A DNA stretch of 64,000 bases from an uncultured Nitrospirota bacterium. Lineage in GTDB: Bacteria; CG2-30-53-67. Below, in pieces: positions 27,972 through 37,438 of this stretch (position 1 is the stretch's first letter; each line of letters begins with the position of its first letter). The DNA lies in assembly GCA_964483105.1 (NCBI GenBank), contig CAYZZU010000013.1, positions 3,552 to 67,551 of the forward strand, in the 5' to 3' direction. The notes below the pieces were generated by a model. It searched no databases. It had not been told where the DNA came from and saw nothing but the letters and a program-made list of their open reading frames with translations. Position numbers and translations under genes: made by a program.

Positions 27972-28745
27972 TCACCCTCCATGGGGAGCGCGACGAGACT
28001 CCCAGAACACAACCGCCACGGCGGACAGGATCAACACACAAAGAGCGGCCCCGTCCGGCTCGATTCCCTTAAAAACACTCCATGAAATCAGGACCCCCGC
28101 AGTACCAAGCACCCAAACTCTCGACAGGTTCTGCCGATACAACAGGGAAGCGATCCCGACACAGGGGAGAAAGAAAAGAAACAGCCGCAACCCCTGCAGC
28201 ACACGTTCCGGCAGGAGCATATACCCGCTCCGGATCCAGGGACCGAAGATCCCCGCCCCCAAGAAAATGATCAGAAAATAATACAGAAAGAAGATACCCA
28301 ATCCGATCCACACCGCCCGGGTGACCCCTCGGTCCAGAGAATAAGAAGACTTCGCAACCCGAATGAGAAAGGCGTTCTTCCTCCGAACCCACTGATTCAG
28401 ATAAGCGGCCGGAAACAACAACGCACCCACCCATAAAACCACCCACGCCACCCAGGCTGAGTCAATCGTCCCACCGGAAGGCGCTTCCAGCAGAACCACA
28501 GCGGTGGTCAGAACCGCGGCCAGGGTTGCATCCTTCGGAACATGGCCGCCTACGGGAAGTCCCCTCAACCAGAAGACCTCCAATACCACGCCGATCAAAA
28601 GGCCGGCATGGAAATTCCCGGTCATCCATCCGATCACCGGCGCGGCCACAATCGGTTGTGAAACCATGAACTGACCGAAGGCCAACCGGTCCAGCCCGAT
28701 GATCCCTCCGACCACCGCGATCCGCAACACATCCCAGAATTCCAC
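27972..28745 (-). CDS. PTS mannose/fructose/sorbose-family IIC component
   Basis: GLDR...QFMVSQPIVA, G..LE.FWL..LPVGG; GTG start after GGGAGG. Confidence 0.88.
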   Translation of the reverse strand: MEFWDVLRIAVVGGIIGLDRLAFGQFMVSQPIVAAPVIGWMTGNFHAGLLIGVVLEVFWLRGLPVGGHVPKDATLAAVLTTAVVLLEAPSGGTIDSAWVAWVVLWVGALLFPAAYLNQWVRRKNAFLIRVAKSSYSLDRGVTRAVWIGLGIFFLYYFLIIFLGAGIFGPWIRSGYMLLPERVLQGLRLFLFFLPCVGIASLLYRQNLSRVWVLGTAGVLISWSVFKGIEPDGAALCVLILSAVAVVFWESRRAPHGG

Positions 28746-28990
28746 TTTCCTCCCGCGCGCTCGCGTTCCCGTATACAGACAAATACCTGCCACTTCGGCT
28801 GAGGTCCCCTCCATCCAACACGTTCCTGAATCAAACCGATCCTTGCCGCCTTCGTAATCCACCTTTCGCGAGGCGACCCAAAGAGAGGCAGGGGGAAGTC
28901 CGGCCACGGCAACGTTCAAAGATCGATGTGTTCCACAAAAGACTGTTCAGAAGGACTCGACAACCGGAGGGGATTCAGCCGGAACGGCTA

Positions 28991-29464
28991 TCACACCATA
29001 CTCTGCAAATCAACCGCCGGCTCCGAAGGAACAGGACGCACCATAATGTGGACTCCGAATCCGAGAATTTTCTTCAGATCCTGCAGGTCCGGCTCGGAAA
29101 CGAGGACGCCTCGTCCCAGTGACCGGGTTTCCCCATCGGAATGGAGCCCCCCCAGGTTCAACCGTTGAATGGAGAGCCCGGCATTCAAGGCGGTCAGAAC
29201 ATCTTTCGGCGACCGGAACAGAAAGATCCCCCGGCAATCGACATACGCTCCCTCCATACAGCGGCGTGTCGCTTCCAAGACCGGCAGAATCTCGGTCCGT
29301 ACCCCATAGGGTACGACCATCTCCATCAGGGTACGTTGAAACTCACTCCCGGCCGCTTCATCATCAGCCACGACAACCAGATCCGGATGGACCGTACGAA
29401 ACCATCCCTCCACAACCTGACCATGAATTAACCGATCATCAATCCGAAACAGAACAATTCCCAT
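28991..29464 (-). CDS. PTS mannose-family IIB component
   Basis: RIDDRLIHGQV. Confidence 0.94.
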   Translation of the reverse strand: MGIVLFRIDDRLIHGQVVEGWFRTVHPDLVVVADDEAAGSEFQRTLMEMVVPYGVRTEILPVLEATRRCMEGAYVDCRGIFLFRSPKDVLTALNAGLSIQRLNLGGLHSDGETRSLGRGVLVSEPDLQDLKKILGFGVHIMVRPVPSEPAVDLQSMV

Positions 29465-29501
29465 AAACCCCTTCCAACTTACTGATACCGCGGTCGAAAG
29501 G

Positions 29502-29918
29502 TTACCCCCGTTGTCCCTGTCCCTGCTTCAAAAGCGAGCTGGCCACAATAATTCCCCGTTTGCCGGCCTCTTCAAGCCGGGAAGAAAGTTCTGTCAAAGA
29601 ATACTCCTTACGCAAGGCTATCCCCTTGATCAGCATGGGCAGATTCACACCGCTGACCACTTCCACTCTCTGGTTTTCGAGGAAAGAAAGGCTGATGTTG
29701 GTCGGAGTCCCCCCGAACATATCGGTCAACAGGATCACTCCTTCGCCATCATCCACCCGGCGAATGGCGTCCAGAATCTCTCTGCGGGCAGTCTCCACGG
29801 TCTTGGTGAAATCCACGGATACGGCCGCTACCCCTTTCTGTTCCCCTAAGATCCCCTGAAGGCAGATACAAAGTTCCTTACCTATACTCGCATGGGTAGC
29901 GATTACAAAACCGACCAT
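29502..29918 (-). CDS. PTS mannose-family IIA component
   Basis: VIATH, LTDMFGGTPTN, GVNLPML. Confidence 0.93.
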   Translation of the reverse strand: MVGFVIATHASIGKELCICLQGILGEQKGVAAVSVDFTKTVETARREILDAIRRVDDGEGVILLTDMFGGTPTNISLSFLENQRVEVVSGVNLPMLIKGIALRKEYSLTELSSRLEEAGKRGIIVASSLLKQGQGQRG

Positions 29919-29993
29919 CTTGTCTATTCTCCTTTCGTTTACCGCTTCCACTTGAATGAAACTCGACCGGCTTCCGCGGAGGAGAGAGGCCGT

Positions 29994-30869
29994 TTACTCA
30001 CGATCCGTGTCGATATCCCGATACCGGACCGAAGTTCGATATCCTCGTTCTTCAAGATGTTTCTTCACAACATCCGAGATCACCACGGAGCGGTGGCGAC
30101 CACCGGTACAACCAATCCCGAGGGTCAGGTAGGACTTCCCTTCCCGGATATACCTGGGGACCAGAAAATCCACCAATCCGTACAGACGATCCAGGTATTC
30201 CCGCGTTTCATCACGATCCAACACATACCGGATCACGTCCGGATCTTTTCCGGTCCGTCCCCGGAGGCGGTCGACAAAGTAAGGGTTCTGGAGAAACCGG
30301 ACGTCCAGGACCATATCCGCCTCGGTGGGGATTCCGTATTTGAAACCAAAGGCGACCAGGGAAATGGACATTTCCACGCCTTTCTCGGATGGCGTGAAGT
30401 GTTCCCTCAGCAGTTCCCTGAGATCATGAACGTTAAAATCCGATGTATCAATGACCATATCCGCGCTCTCTTTCACATCCGAAAGAATTTCGCGTTCCAG
30501 ACTCAATCCTTCCCGTACGGAGGATTCGGACAGAGGGTGTCTTCTCCTGGTTTCATGAAACCGGTGAACCAGAACCTCGTCCGATGCATCCAGAAAGAGG
30601 ACCCTGCAGTTCGCACCACGTTCCTGGATCACGGCAAGAACCTCGTGGTAAGGTTTCAGGAACTTTTTCTCGCGGATATCCACAACCAAGGCCACCCTTT
30701 CGATCTCGTTGCCCCGCTGAGTACACAGTTCAAGGAATTTCGGGATCAAGGTCATCGGGAGGTTGTCCACGCAGAAAAACCCCATGTCCTCAAACTGGTG
30801 GATTGTCGTGCTTTTCCCTGAACCGGAGATCCCGCTGATGATCACCAGGTCCAGATTCCGTTTCTTCAT
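29994..30869 (-). CDS. rapZ: RNase adaptor RapZ
   Basis: GISGSGKS, VDNLP, DVRFLQNP, GCTGGRHRS. Confidence 0.95.
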   Translation of the reverse strand: MKKRNLDLVIISGISGSGKSTTIHQFEDMGFFCVDNLPMTLIPKFLELCTQRGNEIERVALVVDIREKKFLKPYHEVLAVIQERGANCRVLFLDASDEVLVHRFHETRRRHPLSESSVREGLSLEREILSDVKESADMVIDTSDFNVHDLRELLREHFTPSEKGVEMSISLVAFGFKYGIPTEADMVLDVRFLQNPYFVDRLRGRTGKDPDVIRYVLDRDETREYLDRLYGLVDFLVPRYIREGKSYLTLGIGCTGGRHRSVVISDVVKKHLEERGYRTSVRYRDIDTDRE

Positions 30870-31812
30870 CCTTTTCCTGAATCCTCCGCAGTACCCGTTT
30901 TTCAAAACGATGTGCGGGTGAATAACCGGTCATCTTCAGAAGATGGTTCCTGGCCGCCACTTCAATAATCAGGGCCATATTCCGTCCGGGGGTCACCGGC
31001 ATACGCAATAACGGCTTTACAACATCCAGGATTTTGTAAGTCCGTTCATCCAGCCCCAAACGGTCGATCGGACCTTCGGATTTCCACTCCACCAGTTCGA
31101 CGATCAGCTCGATCTCGTTTTCCTTCTGAATGGAGGAAATCCCGTAGAGATCCTGAATATTAATAATCCCCAACCCACGGATCTCCATGTGTTGGCGGGT
31201 GAGATCCGGGCTGCTTCCCACCAGCACATCAGGAGGCTTCTGTTTAATCACCACCACATCATCGGCCACCAGCCTGTGTCCCCTGTCGATCAGATCCAGA
31301 GCACACTCACTCTTTCCGATCCCGCTTTTTCCAAAAATCAGGATCCCGACACCATAGACATCAACAAGCACCCCGGAACGTGTAATCGTACGGGCCAACG
31401 CCTCCTCCAGGTAGGAGGTAATTCTCTTGATGCAGCGGGAACTGTAATAGGGGGAACGGAAAAGGGGAATCTTCCTGGTGTTGCACATCCGGATCAGTGA
31501 CTCCGGCGTCTCCAACCCTTTGGTGACGATAAAACAGGGAACCTGGTTTTCTCCGAACCGGTTCAGGCGATCGATCCGGTCTTCCTCGGAGAGTGTGAAG
31601 AGGTAGCTGATCTCCGTCTCACCCAGAAATTGGATCTTGGCGGAATCAATATGGGCGGTAAAACCGGCCAGCGCCAGACTCGATTTCTGAATCCTCGGTT
31701 TCCGGATCAGATTGCCGAATCCGTTCCCTCCCGCAATCAGCTCCAACTGCAGCTTGTCCCGATTGGCACGAAAAAGTTCCTCAACCGTGATCTCAGGCAT
31801 TTTCGTATCCAC
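30790..31812 (-). CDS. hprK: HPr kinase/phosphorylase
   Basis: GKSGIGKSECAL, LVADD, EIRGLGI, PGRN; 3' end overlaps rapZ by about 80 nt. Confidence 0.96.
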   Translation of the reverse strand: MDTKMPEITVEELFRANRDKLQLELIAGGNGFGNLIRKPRIQKSSLALAGFTAHIDSAKIQFLGETEISYLFTLSEEDRIDRLNRFGENQVPCFIVTKGLETPESLIRMCNTRKIPLFRSPYYSSRCIKRITSYLEEALARTITRSGVLVDVYGVGILIFGKSGIGKSECALDLIDRGHRLVADDVVVIKQKPPDVLVGSSPDLTRQHMEIRGLGIINIQDLYGISSIQKENEIELIVELVEWKSEGPIDRLGLDERTYKILDVVKPLLRMPVTPGRNMALIIEVAARNHLLKMTGYSPAHRFEKRVLRRIQEKDEETESGPGDHQRDLRFREKHDNPPV

Positions 31813-31898
31813 AATAAGGACCCCGCTGAAAACCGATCAGCGCGCAAGGACAGGCTCCGGAGGATTCAAGCATATCAAACAGACGCGGATAAACACAA

Positions 31899-32366
31899 TC
31901 AGGACCCGTACTGGTCATCCTCCTGGCAAATCCGGGAATAAATCTCCTCCCCGTTCCGGGACTGCATCAAGCGTTCACGGAAATTTCGACTCTTCAGAAT
32001 TCTGGAGATCCTCGCCAGCGCCTTTAAATGATCGCCCGGAGAATCTTCCGGAGCAATCAAAACGAAAAAGATGTGAACCGGCTTTGCATCCATCGAGTCA
32101 AAATCAATTCCTCGTCTGGAGAGACCGAATGCCAGGACAAGACGGTCAAGGTCCTTCAGTTTTCCGTGGGGAATGGCAATCCCGTCACCGATTCCCGTAC
32201 TTCCCAGGGCTTCCCGTGCAAGGATCACCTCCATGAACTCGTTTTGATCCGATATTTTCTTGTGTTCATAAAGAAGCGCGGCAAACTCGTTAAGAACCTC
32301 TTGTTTGTTGCTCCCTTTCAGATCGGAAAGGACAAGATCGGGGTCCAGAATATCCGTAAGCTTCAT
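31899..32366 (-). CDS. ptsN: PTS IIA-Ntr-like protein
   Basis: REALGSTGIGDGIAIPHGK; rpoN-operon position. Confidence 0.92.
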   Translation of the reverse strand: MKLTDILDPDLVLSDLKGSNKQEVLNEFAALLYEHKKISDQNEFMEVILAREALGSTGIGDGIAIPHGKLKDLDRLVLAFGLSRRGIDFDSMDAKPVHIFFVLIAPEDSPGDHLKALARISRILKSRNFRERLMQSRNGEEIYSRICQEDDQYGS

Positions 32367-32423
32367 CGATACCCTCTTTTCAGTCCCACAAAGCAAGGAG
32401 TTTCAGAGTCAGGATATGGATCA

Positions 32424-32981
32424 TTACTCGTAAACCGGTTCGATCAGCCCGAGATTCCCGTCCTTTCTCCGGTAAAGGACATGAACCTCTTCGGAAGCCG
32501 AATCGGTATAAACGATGAAGTCCTTCTCCAGAAGATCCATCTGCATGGCGGCTTCATCCACGGACATCGGCTTGACGGCATACTTCCTGGCCCGGATGAT
32601 TTTCGGTTTTCCACCCGTCGTTCCGATACCCTCTTCCGCCGGAGCTTCTTCATGAACCGACACGGAGGATTCATCGTTCCATCCGGATTTCCCCTTGCCG
32701 CTCCAATGTTTGGATTTGAACTTTTTGTAACGCTGCCGAATCCTTTCGATTGCGCGATCCAGCGATTGATACATATCCTTGGTTTCCTCCGCCGCTTGAA
32801 AGACGTTCCCATCCACATGACAGGTCACTTCCGCCGTGTGCCGGTATTTCTCTACACAAAGAGTAACCTGGATATCCGATTCCTTGTTGAAATGACGTTG
32901 AAGTTTTTTCAGCTCTTTTTCAATATGCCCCCGAAGACCTTCGGTCAGTTCCATATGTCTTGCGGTAATACTGAACTGCAT
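32424..32981 (-). CDS. hpf: Ribosome hibernation factor (long HPF)
   Basis: SITARHMELT N-domain; KPMSVDEAAMQM...YRRKDGNLGLI C-domain. Confidence 0.94.
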   Translation of the reverse strand: MQFSITARHMELTEGLRGHIEKELKKLQRHFNKESDIQVTLCVEKYRHTAEVTCHVDGNVFQAAEETKDMYQSLDRAIERIRQRYKKFKSKHWSGKGKSGWNDESSVSVHEEAPAEEGIGTTGGKPKIIRARKYAVKPMSVDEAAMQMDLLEKDFIVYTDSASEEVHVLYRRKDGNLGLIEPVYE

Positions 32982-33217
32982 GGCCTCTTCCCCCTTGTAA
33001 AAAAACAACCATCCAACCGAATCCCGCTCTTGCTTCTCGTTTCATCCGGCTCCGTCCATACAGACCTTCTTCTTACGTATCTTACATCAAAAAAACCGGT
33101 ATTGCGAATGCCGGAATTTGAAAACATGACAACACGATGGAATAAAACCTTGCAGGAAGATACCCAACGAAAGACGTATTGATCCATCCAAAGATAGGGG
33201 ATTCGCAACGGATCCAC

Positions 33218-34642
33218 TCATCGAACCATCCGTCTTCTTTCTGTCGTAGAGAGGATATTCTGTTCAATCCGGTATTTCGTGACCGTCCGCCTCGCAATAT
33301 GGATACCTTGATTCCTCAGGATTTCGACGATTTTCTGATCGCTCAGCGGCTTTTTGTGATCTTCTTCCATGATCAGCTTGCGAATCCTCTCCTGAACACT
33401 GATCGAAGAGACCGTCCCTGATCGTGAGCGAAGTCCGCTGCAAAAGAAATATTTCAGTTCCAGAATGCCATGCGGGGTGTGAACATATTTGTTGGTGGTC
33501 ACCCGGCTGATTGTCGATTCATGCATACCGATATCCTCGGCAACATCCCGGAGCACCATCGGTTTCAGACGGGACGGTCCTTTCTCAAAAAAATCCCGCT
33601 GGAATTTCAGGATGCTCTCCATGGTCCGGTAAATCGTCTTCTGCCGCTGCTCAATGCTCCGGATCAACCAGAGAGCGGACTTGAATTTCCCCTCCACGTA
33701 TTCCGCGGTCTTCCCGTTCAGGTTGTTCCGGTTTTGAAGCATTCTTCGATAAAAGGGCGAAACCTTCAGGCGGGGCAACCCTTCGTCGTTCAGAAGAATC
33801 ACAAAATCGTTGCCATCCCGGATGACATAGATATCGGGAATAATATAGATCGGCTCTTCCCCGCCGAAGGAACGGCCCGGTTTGGGTTCAAGATTCTCAA
33901 TGACACCGGCTGCCATTTCCACGTCCTGAATCGGAACATTCAGCTTTTTCGCAATCCCCCCAAAGTCTCTCGTCTGCAGAAGGGGAAGGTACTCACGAAG
34001 GATTGTCTTGATGAATGCATGGTCCACTTCGAGCTGGTCCACCTGCAAAAGGAGACATTCAACAATATCCCGGGCCGCTACGCCGGGGGGATCAAAATTC
34101 TGAACCAGAGCAAGGGCCCGTGCGGCCTTTTCCTCGGAATACCCTGTAATCTCCGCAAGTTCCTGGAGTGTGACGCGAAGGTATCCATCTCCATCCAGGT
34201 TCCCGATGATATTCTCGGCGATGGTGCGGGTTTCCTCATCACAACGGGAGAGATTCAGCTGCCAGATCAAATGCTCGCTTAACGAAGGCTTTCGGGTCAG
34301 GGTGTTTTCATAGGAAGGAACTTCATCATTCCCGGCATAGGGTTCATAGGCGGAGTAGCCCGAATCCATGGAGTCGTTCAGATACTGTTTCCAGTCGAAG
34401 TCTTCTTCCCGATCGGTTTTCTTTTCCGGGCCTTCGGCCCCGCTCTCCTCATAGAGCCTCTTCTCTTCCGGGGTCGTTTCCGGGGCCTCTTCCTCAAGCA
34501 CCGGATTTTCCACCAGTTCCTGATGGATATTCTGTATCAATTCCAATTTGGAAAGTTGAAGGAGCTTTATGGCCTGTTGAAGCTGAGGGGTCATGACCAG
34601 CTTCTGGGTGAGTTTCAAATTGAGGCGAGTATCCAACTGCAT
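33218..34642 (-). CDS. rpoN: RNA polymerase sigma-54 factor
   Basis: MTPQLQQAIKLLQ, GMHESTISR, ARRTVTKYR RpoN box. Confidence 0.98.
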   Translation of the reverse strand: MQLDTRLNLKLTQKLVMTPQLQQAIKLLQLSKLELIQNIHQELVENPVLEEEAPETTPEEKRLYEESGAEGPEKKTDREEDFDWKQYLNDSMDSGYSAYEPYAGNDEVPSYENTLTRKPSLSEHLIWQLNLSRCDEETRTIAENIIGNLDGDGYLRVTLQELAEITGYSEEKAARALALVQNFDPPGVAARDIVECLLLQVDQLEVDHAFIKTILREYLPLLQTRDFGGIAKKLNVPIQDVEMAAGVIENLEPKPGRSFGGEEPIYIIPDIYVIRDGNDFVILLNDEGLPRLKVSPFYRRMLQNRNNLNGKTAEYVEGKFKSALWLIRSIEQRQKTIYRTMESILKFQRDFFEKGPSRLKPMVLRDVAEDIGMHESTISRVTTNKYVHTPHGILELKYFFCSGLRSRSGTVSSISVQERIRKLIMEEDHKKPLSDQKIVEILRNQGIHIARRTVTKYRIEQNILSTTERRRMVR

Positions 34643-34697
34643 GGTTTTGCCGCTTTTCCTTCAACAAGTTGACAGTAAGCTGAGAAAATCTCTCTGG

Positions 34698-35450
34698 TTA
34701 TGAAATTTCAAAATCATGCCCGAGATAGTGGTCGCGGACCACGGGATCCTCCATTACGCTTTCGGGAGAACCGCTCATCTGTAGTTCTCCATCGATCATT
34801 ATATACAACCTGTCTGCAATTTTCAACATCTCTCTGGCGTTGTGGTCCGTAATCAACACGCCAATCCCTTTTGCTTTCAAGGTGTTGATCATCCCCTGGA
34901 TCTCTTTCACAGCGATCGGGTCGATCCCGGCAAAGGGTTCATCCAGGAGAATAAAGACCGGAGAGATCACCAGGGCACGGGCGATCTCCACTCTTCTTCT
35001 CTCCCCTCCGGAAAGGGTGTAGGCCTTCTGCTTCCGGATGGAGACAATACCGAAATCCCGTAACAGGGTCTCCAGACGTGCGGACCGCTCCGCGGAGGAA
35101 AGAGGGAGGTTCTCCAGAACCGCCTCGAGATTCTGTTCAACAGTCAGTTTCTGGAAAACAGACGCCTCCTGGGGAAGATAACTGATTCCCTTTCTCGCCC
35201 GCCGCACCATCGGTTCGTGGGTAATCTCTTCTTCGCCCAGGAAAACCTTCCCCTCGTCCACCGGTATCAATCCTACGACCATATAGAAAGTGGTTGTTTT
35301 CCCCGCCCCGTTGGGTCCGAGCAGACCGACGATCTCCCCTGCTTCGACCTCGAGGGTTACCCCGCGAACCGCATCGATCCCATTATACCGTTTCGTCAAT
35401 CCGGTCGCTCTCAGTACCCGTCCCTGTGTCCTGTTTCGGCCCACGTTCAA
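34698..35450 (-). CDS. lptB: LPS export ABC ATPase
   Basis: GPNGAGKTT, LSGGERRRVEIAR, LLDEPFAGIDP, LITDH. Confidence 0.96.
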   Translation of the reverse strand: MNVGRNRTQGRVLRATGLTKRYNGIDAVRGVTLEVEAGEIVGLLGPNGAGKTTTFYMVVGLIPVDEGKVFLGEEEITHEPMVRRARKGISYLPQEASVFQKLTVEQNLEAVLENLPLSSAERSARLETLLRDFGIVSIRKQKAYTLSGGERRRVEIARALVISPVFILLDEPFAGIDPIAVKEIQGMINTLKAKGIGVLITDHNAREMLKIADRLYIMIDGELQMSGSPESVMEDPVVRDHYLGHDFEIS

Positions 35451-35956
35451 TTTTCTTCCCCAGGTGTGGATTTCCTCTCCTCCGGGTAGAATAGAAATTT
35501 GGGCCGTTCCACTGTGTTTCCCTCCACTTCCGCCCGGTTCTCATCCAGATAAACCCGGATCAGAGGCCCGAAGACGGTATTTTTCCCGTCGGAAACCCTG
35601 GCATGACCGGTAAGGATCAACAGTTCACCCTGTTTAAGATACTCCACTTGATCCGCAACCGAGGTTTGTGACCCCTGGATCACGCGGACATGTCCCCTGG
35701 CGACAATCCGTTCTACATCTTCTCCCCCGTTTTTGGGATAGGTATCCACACGGTCGGCGTGAAGCACCATCTCCCCACGGACCACTTTCACATGGTCCAG
35801 AAAGGTAATCACTCCCTCCTTGAAGTTACCTTCCATCCGGTCCGAAGTGATCGTAACCGGAAGGCAGGTCTTCTCACGACTTCCCTCCTGGGCCATCACC
35901 GGGAAAGAAAGCTGAAACAGGATCAGCAGGAACGGCAGCAAGGGTACCCACCTCAT
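35447..35956 (-). CDS. lptA: LPS transport periplasmic protein
   Basis: Signal peptide, OstA-like fold (PVTITSDRM...ARGHVRV); directly upstream of lptB; start provisional. Confidence 0.85.
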   Translation of the reverse strand: MRWVPLLPFLLILFQLSFPVMAQEGSREKTCLPVTITSDRMEGNFKEGVITFLDHVKVVRGEMVLHADRVDTYPKNGGEDVERIVARGHVRVIQGSQTSVADQVEYLKQGELLILTGHARVSDGKNTVFGPLIRVYLDENRAEVEGNTVERPKFLFYPEERKSTPGEEN

Positions 35957-35969
35957 CCCGGAAGATGCA

Positions 35970-36569
35970 TTACTCACGCGCAGCCCCCCCGGTTCGCGAC
36001 ACGGGGAAAAGGACGGCCCGCACCCCCTTCTCCACGAGAAGTTCTTCTCCATTCGTCCGGAAAGACATTCTTCCTCCCCTCACCTCATACTGTGACGCAA
36101 TCAGCCGCACCGGTTGATCCGAAAAAATAAGATTCTTCGCCACATTCCACGTCAACCGCTCCGTAAACAGCGTATATCCGGTCTCGGTCACGACCCGGAC
36201 GTCACCGGAAAGCACAACACGCCTTTCTTTCTCATAATAGTCCCCCGAACGGCCGGATAACCGGACGACTCCTCCTTCCTTCAGGATGTATTCCATCCTG
36301 ACCCGGTCCATATGGATCCTGGAACCTGTCAGGAACCGTTCCGCCCGATCCGCCCGGATTTCCCACTTGCGCATCTCCTGTTCCCGTTCCGTGTAATGAA
36401 AATTTGTAATGGCGATCTCCGCTTTCGTGTCCAGAATCTTCCGGATCGTCTGTGCTGTTTTTTTCACCCTGTTCTCACCTGTCCGGAAAAAATAAAGCGG
36501 AACTCCTACAAGAAAGAGGAGCAGAAGAATCACGAAAGGATTGAACGTTTTCCTTGATAAACCAGGCAC
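35970..36569 (-). CDS. lptC: LPS export periplasmic protein
   Basis: Single N-terminal TM, beta-jellyroll (L.TE.L.W, SDQPV); lptCAB order; GTG start provisional. Confidence 0.82.
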   Translation of the reverse strand: MPGLSRKTFNPFVILLLLFLVGVPLYFFRTGENRVKKTAQTIRKILDTKAEIAITNFHYTEREQEMRKWEIRADRAERFLTGSRIHMDRVRMEYILKEGGVVRLSGRSGDYYEKERRVVLSGDVRVVTETGYTLFTERLTWNVAKNLIFSDQPVRLIASQYEVRGGRMSFRTNGEELLVEKGVRAVLFPVSRTGGAARE

Positions 36570-36658
36570 CGAACACCTCAGATGCGGAAAAGTATACCAC
36601 AACCGATGTGTCCCCTCAACCTCCATCCCTCTGAATGGCGGAGACAAAACACACCGAC

Positions 36659-37315
36659 TCAATCACCGCCTTTCCTATGATCCCGCAGGAGGAAGGAGAT
36701 CCGTCTCAAAGCCTTCCGCACTTCCACACCGGTCATGGACCGGGATACCCTGAAATTCCCCGCGGAATCCAGGTTCATCACACCCGCTTCAACCACCCGA
36801 CGGATCGCGGAATACCGGAGGTGCTCACGGGGAAGATCCGCCGGCATTCCCGCGGGAAGCGGATGGGATCTCTCCCGCACCTTCCGCTCCCGAAGGATTG
36901 TATCGAACACCTGCGCCACTTCGCCACGGGTGACCGGAAGATCCGGCCGAAACCTGTGATCAGGAAACACCGCCATCCAGCCAAGCCGGACCACAGGCAG
37001 GATCCAGTCTCTCCCCCAGTGACCGTCAATATCCACCACGATAGGAGGATCGGAGGCAGCGGAGAACCGCTGCGCCGGTAATTCTCTCATCAGCAGAACG
37101 GCAAATCCGGCGCGTGTCAGCTGAGCGGCATCGCCTCCGGGGATCATCCCGGAGGGGAGTCTTTCCGGCGCGGTCACCATCTCCGGCGGCCGGATCACCG
37201 ACTCAGTCGACGAAGGATGGATCGGGATACAAGCGAAAAAGGCAAGCAAGACCCCCGCTCCCAGAACCAACGCGACAAACCTCCTCCAGAGGTTTTCCCG
37301 GATTCTCTTCATCAT
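36659..37315 (-). CDS. Putative lipoprotein with S-layer homology (SLH) domains
   Basis: LLAFFAC lipobox-like; VDIDGHW..DWI...F.PDLPVTRGEVA and second SLH-like repeat. Confidence 0.7.
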   Translation of the reverse strand: MMKRIRENLWRRFVALVLGAGVLLAFFACIPIHPSSTESVIRPPEMVTAPERLPSGMIPGGDAAQLTRAGFAVLLMRELPAQRFSAASDPPIVVDIDGHWGRDWILPVVRLGWMAVFPDHRFRPDLPVTRGEVAQVFDTILRERKVRERSHPLPAGMPADLPREHLRYSAIRRVVEAGVMNLDSAGNFRVSRSMTGVEVRKALRRISFLLRDHRKGGD

Positions 37316-37438
37316 CGCCCATCCAATGAAGAGAAACATCCACGACCCGGCGCGCCATCCCTCCATCAACGATCGCCCGCGGGCGGGAAAGCGCGTTACA
37401 GGGGATTGTCCCTCCATGGTCCTCCCCTCCGTTCGGTC

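Noticed and set aside
28740-28760. GAGGAAAG resembling the RNase P RNA P4 motif
   Set aside because: Continues GTGG rather than GTCC and is explained as the RBS and GTG start of the IIC gene.
25139-36569. Full mannose-type PTS plus HprK inside the rpoN operon as a novelty
   Set aside because: This order is a known arrangement in deltaproteobacterial genomes.
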